Positions 31,607-41,616 of a stretch of DNA of 64,000 nt are shown in pieces. Source of the DNA: an uncultured Gemmatimonadales bacterium (GTDB taxonomy: Bacteria; Gemmatimonadota; Gemmatimonadetes; Longimicrobiales; Gaopeijiaceae); assembly GCA_963809895.1 (NCBI GenBank), contig CAWELD010000003.1, forward strand, positions 3,168,001 through 3,232,000, given 5' to 3'. The position numbers and the translations under genes were made by a program. The notes under the pieces were generated by a model that was not told where the DNA came from, searched no databases, and was given only the letters and a program-made list of their open reading frames with translations. Numbering within the stretch: position 1 is the stretch's first letter; each line of letters starts with the position of its first letter.

Positions 31607-32718
31607 CGGTGTCCGGCCGCCAGGAGATCCTCCAGCGCCAGCGAGCAGCCCCGGGGCTCGGCGCCAGGCGCCCGCCCCAGGACCTCGAAGCCGTCCCTCC
31701 AGCGCACCCCGAGATCCTCGGTGAGGACGGCGGCCACCGACCCCAGGTTGGCCAGGTCCAGGTGGCAGAGGAGCCCGGGCTCTCCGTCGGCCACCTCCTC
31801 CAGCGTCTCGGGGTGGAGGACGCGCGTGCGCACCCAGGGCGGACCCCGGTGTCGGCGCGGGCTCCCGGCCCCCTCCAGAAGCACCGGCTCGTAGAACTGC
31901 GACAGCAGCTCGGTCATCCCGTATTCGTTGACCATGCGCGCCGAGGGGATGCCCGTGCGCAGCTCGAGCTCGCGGTAGAGCACGTCGCGGGGCACTTCGC
32001 GGGAGCGGCCCTTGAAGCCACCGGTTTCCATGATGCGGGAACCGGCGGGCAGGCGGACCTGCCACGCCCGCTCCCGGACCTCGTCGAGCCAGTGCACGAA
32101 GGCGAACGCCGTGCCGGCGACCAGCACCGGGGTCGCCTCGTCCACGGCCCGGCGGAGGGCCGCGCCGAAGGCTTCGTGGTCCACGCCCCGCTCCGGGTGC
32201 GCGAAGCCGGTGCTTCCCGGTGCGCCGAAGTCCCGGACGGCGAAGTCCATCATGGTGGAGAGCGACGAGTGCGGCTGCGCCTCGGCCGAGGGGATCAGCG
32301 ACAGGATGCGAATGCGGCCGCCCTCGGGGAGCAGATGCGCACGCAGGTTCGGGAGCGCGGACGCCCGGTAGAGATCCAGCGACAGGACGTGATGCTCGCC
32401 CCGGTCGCTCCGGCCCCGGGAGGTGCCGCTGGTCCGGAAGACACGCTCCACGCGCGCAGGGTCGCCGGCCACCAGCGGCAGGTGCTTGAAGGCGGTGGTC
32501 GGCACCGGGGGGATTCCCCGCCAGTCCTTCAGGTCGGTGGGCGTGATCCCCCGCCCCCGGGCGAAGGCGCCGTAGGCGTGGTTGGCCTCGAACTGATAGG
32601 CGAACACCCGTAGCGCCAGGTCGCCGAAGCGCTCCTCGCCCCAGGGTGCGGCGACCCCTTCGGCGAACCCGTCGGCCAGCTCCCGGGCCAGACCGTCGAA
32701 GGTGGCGGACGCTTGCAT
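31603..32718 (-). CDS. LuxE-like acyl-protein synthetase
   Basis: FRTSGTS, METGGFKGR, EYGMTELLSQ, DLAN, TEDLG, RGCS. Confidence 0.85.
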   Translation of the reverse strand: MQASATFDGLARELADGFAEGVAAPWGEERFGDLALRVFAYQFEANHAYGAFARGRGITPTDLKDWRGIPPVPTTAFKHLPLVAGDPARVERVFRTSGTSRGRSDRGEHHVLSLDLYRASALPNLRAHLLPEGGRIRILSLIPSAEAQPHSSLSTMMDFAVRDFGAPGSTGFAHPERGVDHEAFGAALRRAVDEATPVLVAGTAFAFVHWLDEVRERAWQVRLPAGSRIMETGGFKGRSREVPRDVLYRELELRTGIPSARMVNEYGMTELLSQFYEPVLLEGAGSPRRHRGPPWVRTRVLHPETLEEVADGEPGLLCHLDLANLGSVAAVLTEDLGVRWRDGFEVLGRAPGAEPRGCSLALEDLLAAGHR

Positions 32719-33930
32719 TCACGTGCCGAAGCGCCTCGGCGCCAGCAGCGCGGCTTCCGGTCCCGGGTCCCGGCCCTTCACGATGTCGGCCATGATGCGC
32801 CCGCACTCGAAGGCGAAGGGGAGCCCGCCGCCGCTGAATCCCGACACCACCATCTCGGCTGTGGTGCCCGGGAGCGATCCCACCAGCGGCAGGTAGTCGG
32901 CGGTCCAGCCGTAGATCCCGCTCCACTGGCTGGTGACCCGGAGCTCCACGCCGGGGAAGGCGGCCCGGAACCAGGCCAGCAGGCCGTCCTGCAGGTCCGT
33001 GTCCACCTCGGGCCGGGTCTTCCAGTAGGAGCGGTCCCATGCGTCGTGACGCCATCCCCCCAGATGCACCCGACCCTTGGGACTGCGGCGCCAGACGTTC
33101 AGCTTCCAGTGGGTCGTGTAGCCGCCGTCGGGCAGCTCGCCCTTCGCGATCTCGGCCGCCAGCGCCTGCCCGCGAATGGGTACGATCTCGTCGCCCAGGA
33201 GCGCCGAGAAGCGGCGGGACTCGGTGTGCACGGCGTAGACCACCATCTCGCACTGCACGGGCCCGGCGCTGGTCCGACACACGAGCCGGCCCTCTTCGCG
33301 GTCCACGGTGTCGACCTTCACGCCCTCGGCCACCCGAGCGCCGCGTCCGGCCGCGCCCCGTACGAGCAGACGGGCCGTGGCCGCGGGGTTCAACGCGCCG
33401 CCGCCCTCCAGGCGCATGCCTCCCACGAACCCGCGGCCGCGGGTGCGCTCGCGGATGTCGGCGCCGTCGAGCCAGGTGACCGGGAAGCCGGCCTCGTTGA
33501 GCGTACGGAAGGAGCGCTCCACCTCGTGGACCGTGTAGGGCTCGGCCAGCACGTAACCCCCGGACAGGTCGAGCTCGGCCTCGGCCGCGGCGCCCATGGC
33601 GGTGAGCGCCTCGCCCAGCGAGGTCACGGAGCGGTGCGCCAGACGCCAGATCGCCACCGCCTCCTCTTCGCCCCGGTCCCGGGCCGTCTCGTGGAAGGGC
33701 TGGCGCATGGGCGGGGACAGCACGCCCACCGCGGCGCCGGTGGCGCCGCCTCCTACCGTGCCCCGATCGAGGAGCAGGGCGTCGACCCCGGCGCCGGCCA
33801 GGTGATGGAGAACCGACGCCCCGGCAATGCCACCACCCACCACCACGACCTCCACACGCTCCGGGAGCGTGTCCACGGTTTCGATGGGAAGATCACGGGC
33901 CCGGGGGGCCTCGCTGCCGTCGTCGCGCAT
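32719..33930 (-). CDS. FAD-dependent oxidoreductase (DAO family)
   Basis: VVGGGIAG, WSGIYGWTADYLPLVG, GFSGGG. Confidence 0.87.
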   Translation of the reverse strand: MRDDGSEAPRARDLPIETVDTLPERVEVVVVGGGIAGASVLHHLAGAGVDALLLDRGTVGGGATGAAVGVLSPPMRQPFHETARDRGEEEAVAIWRLAHRSVTSLGEALTAMGAAAEAELDLSGGYVLAEPYTVHEVERSFRTLNEAGFPVTWLDGADIRERTRGRGFVGGMRLEGGGALNPAATARLLVRGAAGRGARVAEGVKVDTVDREEGRLVCRTSAGPVQCEMVVYAVHTESRRFSALLGDEIVPIRGQALAAEIAKGELPDGGYTTHWKLNVWRRSPKGRVHLGGWRHDAWDRSYWKTRPEVDTDLQDGLLAWFRAAFPGVELRVTSQWSGIYGWTADYLPLVGSLPGTTAEMVVSGFSGGGLPFAFECGRIMADIVKGRDPGPEAALLAPRRFGT

Positions 33931-34087
33931 CCGTCCCTCCTCGGGAACCGGTCAGGAGAGGAGGTCATGGACGGCACACGGGATATGGCTCCCGCGCACC
34001 TGCTCGCTCCCCGTCCTGAAGGGTGGGGCGTCCTGTGGTTTGCCAGAAGGGGAGGGTCCGTTCCTCGAACATAATACTCCGGACGCG

Positions 34088-34351
34088 TCAGATCATGCGC
34101 CGGACCCGTCCCGGTTCCAGGCCGCCGGCATGCAGGATCTTTTCCTGGAGGCGCTGCGCTTCCTCGTCGACGAAGGTGCGGAGCTCCTCCAGCTTCGAGC
34201 GGGCGCCCGCATAGGCGTCGGCCGGAAAGTCCTCGGCTTCGGCGTGCTGGAGCGCGCCCTGGAGATCCCGCAGCTCCCGGAGGCTCTTCTCCACCGAGCG
34301 GCGCAGGCGCTGGAGCGCCTTGCGGGCTTCGGACTCTGCCGTCGTGCTCAC
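34088..34351 (-). CDS. Small helical hypothetical protein
   Basis: ORF overlapping start/stop geometry with SD GGGGA. Confidence 0.6.
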   Translation of the reverse strand: MSTTAESEARKALQRLRRSVEKSLRELRDLQGALQHAEAEDFPADAYAGARSKLEELRTFVDEEAQRLQEKILHAGGLEPGRVRRMI

Positions 34352-34367
34352 CGTGTCCCCTCCTGAT

Positions 34368-35606
34368 TCAAAGCACCCCCAGCGACTGGAAGACGCTGAT
34401 CAGGGCGCGCACCCCCAGCCCGGCGGCCACCAGGACCACCACCAACCCCACCAGATTGGCGAGCCACCCGTTGGCCCGCGCCCCCATCCAGCGGCGGTCG
34501 TTCACCGCCGCCAGCAGGAAGAGCGCCACCGCCGGGAGCAGAATGCCGTTGGCCGCCTGCGCGAACAGGATGGCGGGCACCGGCCGCAGTCCCACCAGCG
34601 CCAGCAGCACCCCCACCCCCAGCACGCCGCCCCACACCGTCCGCAGCCGCGGTGAGGTGAGGTCCTGGCTCCATCCCAGGGCGCCCGCGGTGGCGTAGGC
34701 CGCCGCCAGCGGGGCGGTGATGGCCGACGTCATGCCGGCGGCGAACAGGCCCACGGCGAACACGGCACGGGCCCAGGGTCCCAGAATCGGCTCCAGGCTC
34801 GCGGCCATGTCGGCGGCGCTGCTCACCTCGGCGCCGGTGCCCGCCAGCGTGCCCGCCGCCGTCACCAGGACCGCCATGCTCACCACTCCGCCGGCACCGA
34901 TGGAGAGCACCAGATCACGCCGCGCCGCGGGCAGGTCGTTCTCGCCCTCCCAGCGCTCCCGCACCGCCGACGCGTGCAAGAAGAGGTTGTAGGGCACCAC
35001 CGTCGTGCCCACCAATCCCACCACCAGGAAGAGCGAGCCGTCGGGGAGCGCCGGCACGAACAGTCCCCGGAGCAGGTCGCTCGCCGCGGGCAACACCAGG
35101 ACCGCGGTGGCCAGGAAGGCCACGGACATGAGGCCCACCATGAGCACCATGGCGCGCTCTACCGCACGATAGCTGCCCGACCACAGCAGGCCGGCGGCGA
35201 GGGCGCCGATGAGGAGGGCCCACAGCCGCACGTCGCCACCCACCGCGCCCTCCAGCCCGAGCGCGCCACCCAGGAGGTTGCCGGTCTCGTAGGCCGCGTT
35301 GCCGCCGGCGATGGCGGCGATCACCAGGGCCGCCGCGACCACGCGCCACGGGCCCTCGAAGCGTCGTCGCACCGCCTCGCCCAGCCCCTGCCCCGTGACC
35401 AGGCCGAGACGCGCCGCCATCTCCTGGAACGCCATGGTGGCCAGGGTCGAGAACAGCAACGCCCACAGAAGCGCCGTGCCGAATCCGGCGCCCGCCAGGG
35501 TGGCGGTGGTGACCGTGCCCGGTCCGATGAAGGCCGCGGCCACGATCCATCCGGGGCCACCGCCCCGGCGGCGTGGCGGCGGGACCGTCGAGTCGTCCTG
35601 GCTCAT
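34368..35606 (-). CDS. Nramp family divalent metal transporter
   Basis: AAFIGPGT, QEMAARLG, GTTVVPYNLFLH. Confidence 0.88.
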   Translation of the reverse strand: MSQDDSTVPPPRRRGGGPGWIVAAAFIGPGTVTTATLAGAGFGTALLWALLFSTLATMAFQEMAARLGLVTGQGLGEAVRRRFEGPWRVVAAALVIAAIAGGNAAYETGNLLGGALGLEGAVGGDVRLWALLIGALAAGLLWSGSYRAVERAMVLMVGLMSVAFLATAVLVLPAASDLLRGLFVPALPDGSLFLVVGLVGTTVVPYNLFLHASAVRERWEGENDLPAARRDLVLSIGAGGVVSMAVLVTAAGTLAGTGAEVSSAADMAASLEPILGPWARAVFAVGLFAAGMTSAITAPLAAAYATAGALGWSQDLTSPRLRTVWGGVLGVGVLLALVGLRPVPAILFAQAANGILLPAVALFLLAAVNDRRWMGARANGWLANLVGLVVVLVAAGLGVRALISVFQSLGVL

Positions 35607-35873
35607 GGCGGCTCTTCGATGGGGGGCTCATGGGCTCGGTCGCCCGCAGGCCGACCGGCCGGTGGCAACCTACGGGGCAGACCGCGTGGCGGAAACCGAG
35701 AGGGTTTGCCCGGGGCGCGGGCGCGGGACCCGACGGGCGGCTCGTCGGAACCCCGACCGGCACCACGGGTCTTGAAGGGCTGTCGAGAGACGAGAGCGCG
35801 CTGGCCCCGTGGTGCTTCACCCCGACGGGCCGGATGCGCGCTCCCGCCCGACCCGCATTCCGAAGGACGATTC

Positions 35874-36872
35874 ATGACCGACACACTGGACCTGGCCGTG
35901 GTAGGCGCCGGCCCCTGCGGCATCGCCGTGGGCGCCGCGGCGGCCCGAGAGGGCCTCTCCGCCACGCTCTACGATCGCGGCTGCATCACCAGCTCGCTGA
36001 TCGATTATCCGTACTACATGACGTTTTTCAGCACCGCCGCCAAGCTGGAGATCGGTGGCGTGCCCTTCACGATCCCCGAGCCCAAGCCCACGCGCCGTGA
36101 GGCGCTGGCGTATTACCGGTGCGTGGTGGACCACTACGGGATCCGGGTCAGGCAGTACGAGAACGTGGAGCGCATCGAAGGGAGCGACGGGGACTTCCGG
36201 CTGCACACCCGTCAGCGCGACGGCGAGGAACGCGAAGTGCGGGCCCGCGCCGTGGTGGTGGCCACCGGGGGATTCCATCAGCCCAACTACCTGGACGTGC
36301 CCGGCGAGGAGCTGTCCAAGGTGCTCCACTACTACAAGGAGCCCTATCCCTTCACCGATCAGGACGTCCTGGTCGTCGGCGGCGGCAACTCGTCGGTGGA
36401 ATCGGCGCTGGAGATGTTCCGGAACGGGGCCCGGGTCTCACTGGTGCACTTCGAAGACAAGATCGACCGGGGTGTGAAGCCCTGGGTCGTGCCCGACATC
36501 ACCAACCGCCTGGAGAAGGGTGAGATCCCCGTCTACTGGCGGCACCGCATCGCCGAGATCCGCTGGAGCGAGGTGGTTCTGCGACACGTGGACACCGGTG
36601 CCGCCACCACCATCCCCAACGACTGGGTGCTGGCCATGACCGGCTGGCGCGCCAACCCCGTGCTCCTGCAGCAGCTCGGCGTGAGCATCGACGCCGACAC
36701 GGGGATCCCCACGCACGATCCGGAGACCATGGAGACCGACGTGCCCGGGGTCTACATCGCCGGCGTGCTGGCGGCGGGTCACAACGCCAACAAGATCTTC
36801 ATCGAGAACGGCAAGGAGCACGGCGGCCTGATCGTGGCCGACCGCAAGGCACGGGTGGGCGCGGGCGACTGA
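35874..36872 (+). CDS. ypdA: YpdA family (putative bacillithiol) disulfide reductase
   Basis: GAGPCG, YMTFFST, KPTRREALAYY, GGGNS, IFIENG. Confidence 0.85.
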   Translation: MTDTLDLAVVGAGPCGIAVGAAAAREGLSATLYDRGCITSSLIDYPYYMTFFSTAAKLEIGGVPFTIPEPKPTRREALAYYRCVVDHYGIRVRQYENVERIEGSDGDFRLHTRQRDGEEREVRARAVVVATGGFHQPNYLDVPGEELSKVLHYYKEPYPFTDQDVLVVGGGNSSVESALEMFRNGARVSLVHFEDKIDRGVKPWVVPDITNRLEKGEIPVYWRHRIAEIRWSEVVLRHVDTGAATTIPNDWVLAMTGWRANPVLLQQLGVSIDADTGIPTHDPETMETDVPGVYIAGVLAAGHNANKIFIENGKEHGGLIVADRKARVGAGD

Positions 36873-36886
36873 CGCGCGGGGACGGG

Positions 36887-38041
36887 TCAGCCCGGCCGCT
36901 CCTCCGCCGCCTCCACCGCTTCCACCACGGCCGTCACCCCGTCCGCCGACCCCACTCGCACGCTCGCGCCCGGCTCCACCTCGCGGCGCACGTAGGCGAG
37001 GGCCAGGGTGCCCAGACGGGGGGAGAGCGCCACCGAGGTGACGACGCCCACGGGTCTGGCGGCGCGAGCGCTACCCTCGCTGCCTCCGTCTCCATCACGG
37101 CCGCTCGCCGCCTCTTCCGCCCACACCTCCACGCCGGGCGTGGGCGTGGGCGCATCGCCCAGGCGCAGCCGCCGCAGGTGGCGATTGACGTGGCCGCGGT
37201 CGCGGATGCGCACCACGACTTCCTGGCCCGTGTAGCAGCCCTTGGTCTGGTCCACCACGCGGCCCACCAGCCCGGTCTCGGGCAGCAGGGTGTCGATGTC
37301 CATGTCGGCGCCGTAGGCCGGGCGGCCGGCTTCGAGGCGGAGCGCCTCCCACACGCCCGAGCCCAGCGGCGACGCGCCGACCTCCAGCAGACGCGACCAG
37401 AGGGCCCGGATGGTGGCGCGATCGGCCACCACGTCCCAGGCGGGGGCGGCGATCTCGCTGGTCCGTATCACGAACAGGCCTTCGCCCACCCGCCGTAGGT
37501 CGCCTTCGGCCATGGCCTCCAGCACCGGGGGATCCACCCGGAGCCCGGTGACCTCGCGGCTCAACAGCGCCGGCGCCTCGGGGCCCACCAGGGTGAGCAT
37601 GCCGGTGTCGGCGCTCCTGTCCTCCACGGTGGCGAAACGGGGCGGCAGGTAGCGGCCCAGGTGCTCCATGAGCGGGCCGGCGCCGGCCGCGGGCACGTCG
37701 GCCTCCAGCATCTCGCCCTCACCCTCCGCCCGCCACAACCGCAGATCGGTGACCACGCGCCCCTTGGGCGTCAGCACCGCGTTGGGCTCGGCCCTGCCTT
37801 GCCACACCTCCGGCTCCACATCGGCCAGCGGGCCGGGAACGCGCCCGGTGACGATCCCCCGGAGCATGGCCGCGGGCTGCCGGCCGCTGAAGCGGAGGCG
37901 CACCCGGTGGCTGCGATCGCGAACGGCCGTGCCAGCGGTGGCGGCCTGGAATTCCCCGGCGGGATCCCCGTAGCGCCGTGGCACCTCCACGCCCCGCAGC
38001 ATCCCGAACACGGCCCCGGCGGCCTCGTGCAGATCCCTCAC
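36887..38041 (-). CDS. ygfZ: YgfZ/GcvT family folate-binding protein
   Basis: KGCYTGQE signature. Confidence 0.85.
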   Translation of the reverse strand: MRDLHEAAGAVFGMLRGVEVPRRYGDPAGEFQAATAGTAVRDRSHRVRLRFSGRQPAAMLRGIVTGRVPGPLADVEPEVWQGRAEPNAVLTPKGRVVTDLRLWRAEGEGEMLEADVPAAGAGPLMEHLGRYLPPRFATVEDRSADTGMLTLVGPEAPALLSREVTGLRVDPPVLEAMAEGDLRRVGEGLFVIRTSEIAAPAWDVVADRATIRALWSRLLEVGASPLGSGVWEALRLEAGRPAYGADMDIDTLLPETGLVGRVVDQTKGCYTGQEVVVRIRDRGHVNRHLRRLRLGDAPTPTPGVEVWAEEAASGRDGDGGSEGSARAARPVGVVTSVALSPRLGTLALAYVRREVEPGASVRVGSADGVTAVVEAVEAAEERPG

Positions 38042-38898
38042 CCGTCACCCTCTCCGGCGTTGCCGGCCTCGGTCTCCTCGTCGAGTCCCTGCAGGAACGC
38101 GCGCACGCGAGGGGCCTCGGGGGAGCCGGGCTCCTCCTCGAGGAAGGTGCGCAGGTGCTCGGCGGCCTCGGCGGTGCGACCCATGCGCGCCAGCACCATC
38201 CCCAGAAGCCGGCGCTCGGGCGCGGCCCCGGGACGGAGCAGGAGGATGCGCTCCAGCGCCGCCGACGCCTTGAAGTCGTCGTTCACGTTCAGGTACAGGC
38301 TCTTCAGGTTCGTGAGCAGCCGCACCAGCATGTCCTGGCGCGTCGCCACGCGCAGGAACGAGGGACGCACGCGCACCATCCCCCCGTAGACCCGGTCCAG
38401 GAACTCCTGCGCCTGATCCTCGAAGCGCACCTGGCCGCCGTCGAAGGGATCCACCAGCAGGTCGAAGGCGTCGCCGCGATAACGCACCAGGAAGTGGTGC
38501 GGAAAGTTGACGCCCTCGAGGCGGAGCCCCAGGCGCCATCCCACTTCCAGGATCACGATGCCCAGGGTCAGGGGGATGCCCAGGCGCCGATCCAGGACGT
38601 CGTTGAGGAAGGAGTTGCGGGGATCGTAGTACGCCTCGCGATTCCCCTTGAAGCCGTTGCGCTCGTAGACGGTGGCCAGGAGCTCCTGCAACACCACCGG
38701 CGGCGCGGTCTCGTCGTCCAGCCGGTCACGCACCTCTTCGGCGAGCTGATCCAGCCGCCCCAGATACGGCTCCACCGGCATCTGGGGATACTCCTCCTTG
38801 GCCACCAGCAGCGACGCGCGGGCGAGGTCCAGGTCGGCCTCGCCGCGCGACACCTCGCGGGCGAACAACTGCCGTGCCGAGCGGGCGGGTGCGGTCAC
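38038..38898 (-). CDS. SirB1-like transglutaminase-fold protein with TPR
   Basis: YYDPRNSFLNDVLDRRLGIP, NFPHHFL, LLTNLK. Confidence 0.87.
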   Translation of the reverse strand: MTAPARSARQLFAREVSRGEADLDLARASLLVAKEEYPQMPVEPYLGRLDQLAEEVRDRLDDETAPPVVLQELLATVYERNGFKGNREAYYDPRNSFLNDVLDRRLGIPLTLGIVILEVGWRLGLRLEGVNFPHHFLVRYRGDAFDLLVDPFDGGQVRFEDQAQEFLDRVYGGMVRVRPSFLRVATRQDMLVRLLTNLKSLYLNVNDDFKASAALERILLLRPGAAPERRLLGMVLARMGRTAEAAEHLRTFLEEEPGSPEAPRVRAFLQGLDEETEAGNAGEGDG

Positions 38899-39005
38899 GT
38901 CTCGCGGTGCAGATCGGGGGGACTGTAGGTTGCTCTGCGCGGTACCCACGTGACCGCCCATGTTTCCAACGTTCCAGTGACCGTTCCCTCGATCCCCAGG
39001 AGCCC

Positions 39006-40067
39006 ATGGCCGACGAGCCCCGGGACCAGCGTCCGCGCATCCGGCTCAGCCATCTGTCTCACGGCGCCGGTTGAGCGTGTAAGCTCGGGATGACCGAGCT
39101 GGCGCAGGTTCTGCGTCCCCTTCTGCCCGTCGACGACCCCAACGCCCTGGTGGACGCCTCCACCGGGGACGATGCCGCCGTGTATCGCATCGCCGGGGGA
39201 CGGGCGCTGGTGGTGACGCTGGACTTCTTCACGCCGGTGGTGGACGACCCCCTCGACTTCGGCCGCATCGCAGCCGCGAACTCCCTTTCGGATATCTACG
39301 CAATGGGAGCCCGGCCCCTCTTTGCCCTCAACCTTCTGGGATTCCCCCGGGATCTCCTGTCCGAGGGCCTGGTGGAGCGCATCATCGAGGGCGGCGCCAT
39401 GGTGGCCCGCGAGGCGGGGATTCCCATCCTGGGTGGCCACAGCATCGACGATCCCGAACCCAAGTACGGGATGGTGGCCGTCGGCGAGGTGGCCGAAGAT
39501 GCCCTCATGACCAACGCCGGCGCCCGCCCCGGCGACGTCCTGGTGCTCACCAAGGCACTGGGCACCGGCATCGTCACCACGGCGCTCAAGGCCGGCGAGG
39601 CGTCGGACGAGGCCGTGGCCGAGGCCGTGGCGTCCATGACCACGCTCAACGCCGGAGCCGCGGCGGCGGCCGGCGAGATCGGCGTGCACGCGGGCACCGA
39701 CGTCACCGGCTTCGGATTCCTGGGACACCTGCGGAGCCTGCTGCGGGCCTCGGGCGTGGCGGCGCAGGTCGAGGCCATCTCCATCCCCCTGCTCGAGGGT
39801 GCGCTGGAGCTGGCGGCGGCGGGTCACGTGCCCGGGGGGAGCAAGCGGAACCTCGAGGATCTGGTGGGCGACGTGGAGTTCGCCCATTCGCTCGGGCCCG
39901 AGCTCCGCACCGTGCTGGCCGACGCCCAGACCTCCGGGGGATTGCTCCTGGCCGTGGCCCGGGACCGCGTCGATGCCCTCCTGGAAGCGCTGGACGGCCG
40001 GGCGCCGTATGCGGCCGTCGTGGGGCGGATCGTCGAGGGCGAGGCCGGCACGATTCGGATATCCTGA
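39006..40067 (+). CDS. selD: Selenide, water dikinase; selenoprotein with in-frame TGA (Sec) at 39072-39074
   Basis: HGAG-TGA-ACK joins two in-frame ORFs; DDAAV, DFFTP, GGHS, TDVTGFG, DAQTSGGLL. Confidence 0.93.
39082..39117 (+). promoter_or_regulatory. Candidate bacterial SECIS hairpins
   Basis: AGCTCGG-GATGA-CCGAGCT and GGCGCAG-GTT-CTGCGTC just 3' of the TGA; the second resembles the fdhF GCAGGUCUGC apex. Confidence 0.6.
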
Positions 40068-40137
40068 AGCTTCCTTGTAGGACCGAAGACCCGTTCGCAT
40101 ATTGGCCGACCATCACTCACCGTCCCGGAGACGCTTC

Positions 40138-41112
40138 ATGCTTCGCCTCCCTCGCTGGCAGCTCGGTGCCGCCGCCCTGCTCCTCACCCTGTCCGCGTGT
40201 CAGGACGACTCCGTGGTCACCCCCGAGGCGTCACCGTACGTCGCGCCTCCCGCGCTCGGGCGCGTCGTGCGGGGCCAGGACCCGGCGGCCCAGATCTCGG
40301 CGCAGATGGACGCGACGAACCGGGCGTTGGCCGCCAGCGGCTCCAACCTCCGGGTGGCGAAGGCGGAGTACATCGGCAGCGGGCAGGAGGCGGGTGCCCA
40401 GGTCGTGCAGAAGGATCTCGGCAACAAGCGGCTCCGGGATGGCGACTTCGTGCCCAACGATCCCCGGCGCACCTGGAGCGGCGCGCCCGGGGGCGCAACC
40501 GACGACATCACCTACGCCATCGATCAGGTGGACGCGGTCCCGTTGAGCCCCGGGCTCAGCGCGGCGGCCACGAACGCGGCCATCGACGCCGCCATGGCCA
40601 CCTGGAACGCGGTGCGCTGTTCGAACCTCGGGATTCGCAGGGTGTCGGATCAGGGCGCCGATCTAGGTGCCATCGCCGCCATCAACGGGCTCGGCGGAAG
40701 CCAGACCATCGCAGCCGACATCATGCACGCCGGCTTCAGCGACATCGACTTCGCGGGCCTGGTGATCGGCTCCACCTTCACCTTCATCTTCATCGACACG
40801 AGCACGGGCGATCCCACCGACATCGACAACAACGGCCTGCAGGACGTGGCGTTCCGGGAGATCTACTACGACCCGTCGTGGCTGTGGACCGACGGCAGCT
40901 TTGTCGGGGTCGACGTGCAGTCCATCGCGCTGCACGAGGCCGGCCACGGGCTGAGCCAGGCCCATTTCGGCAACCTGACCATGAAGAAGGGCGTGCTGAG
41001 CGCCTCGCCTCGTGCCGTCATGAACGCCCTCTACCAGGACGAACAGCGGAGCCTGTACGGTTCGGACGTCGGCGGACATTGCGGCAATTGGGCGCAGTGG
41101 CCCAACAACTGA
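40138..41112 (+). CDS. Matrixin-like zinc metalloprotease lipoprotein
   Basis: LSAC lipobox; HEAGHGLSQAH and AVM Met-turn. Confidence 0.75.
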   Translation: MLRLPRWQLGAAALLLTLSACQDDSVVTPEASPYVAPPALGRVVRGQDPAAQISAQMDATNRALAASGSNLRVAKAEYIGSGQEAGAQVVQKDLGNKRLRDGDFVPNDPRRTWSGAPGGATDDITYAIDQVDAVPLSPGLSAAATNAAIDAAMATWNAVRCSNLGIRRVSDQGADLGAIAAINGLGGSQTIAADIMHAGFSDIDFAGLVIGSTFTFIFIDTSTGDPTDIDNNGLQDVAFREIYYDPSWLWTDGSFVGVDVQSIALHEAGHGLSQAHFGNLTMKKGVLSASPRAVMNALYQDEQRSLYGSDVGGHCGNWAQWPNN

Positions 41113-41152
41113 CGGGCGAGGACCGACCGCGGACCGCCGGGCGGAAGGTCGC

Positions 41153-41500
41153 TCAGACCTCCACGGCCCGGTAGCGGGTGCCGGCCCACACCACCAGGAT
41201 GACGGCCCCCATCACCAGGTAGAAGTTGCGGGCCGTGCCCACCCATCCCGCCAGGAAGGGCAGCGCCACCAACGCCACGCCCACCCCCAGCTCCACCGCC
41301 GCGTGGATGGAAAGCGGGATCACCCCGCCCCGACCCGGCTCGAAGCTCGTCATCAGCGTCATGGCGAGATGAACGATGGCCAGCGCCCACGCCAGCCACG
41401 CGGCCGGACCCACCAGCCCCAGCGCCCAGGGGGCCACCGCGAAGATCAACACCGTCACGTAGTCCAGCGCTCCGTGCACCCCCACGCTCAGGAACTTCAT
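41153..41500 (-). CDS. Small membrane protein (SPW-repeat like)
   Basis: HGALDY...APW; four hydrophobic segments. Confidence 0.7.
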   Translation of the reverse strand: MKFLSVGVHGALDYVTVLIFAVAPWALGLVGPAAWLAWALAIVHLAMTLMTSFEPGRGGVIPLSIHAAVELGVGVALVALPFLAGWVGTARNFYLVMGAVILVVWAGTRYRAVEV

Positions 41501-41616
41501 GTCGGACTCCTCGTCCGAAGGAAGGAGGGCCTGCAAGGGCAATGTAGGGCGCGCCTGGTGATCCTGCCGCGAAATTTCCTGGCCCGACACGCGCCACGGG
41601 TGCATCTTGGCGCCCG

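Noticed and set aside
30237..32718. Bioluminescence operon
   Set aside because: No luxA/B/D in the window; luxCE-like genes occur in non-luminous bacteria
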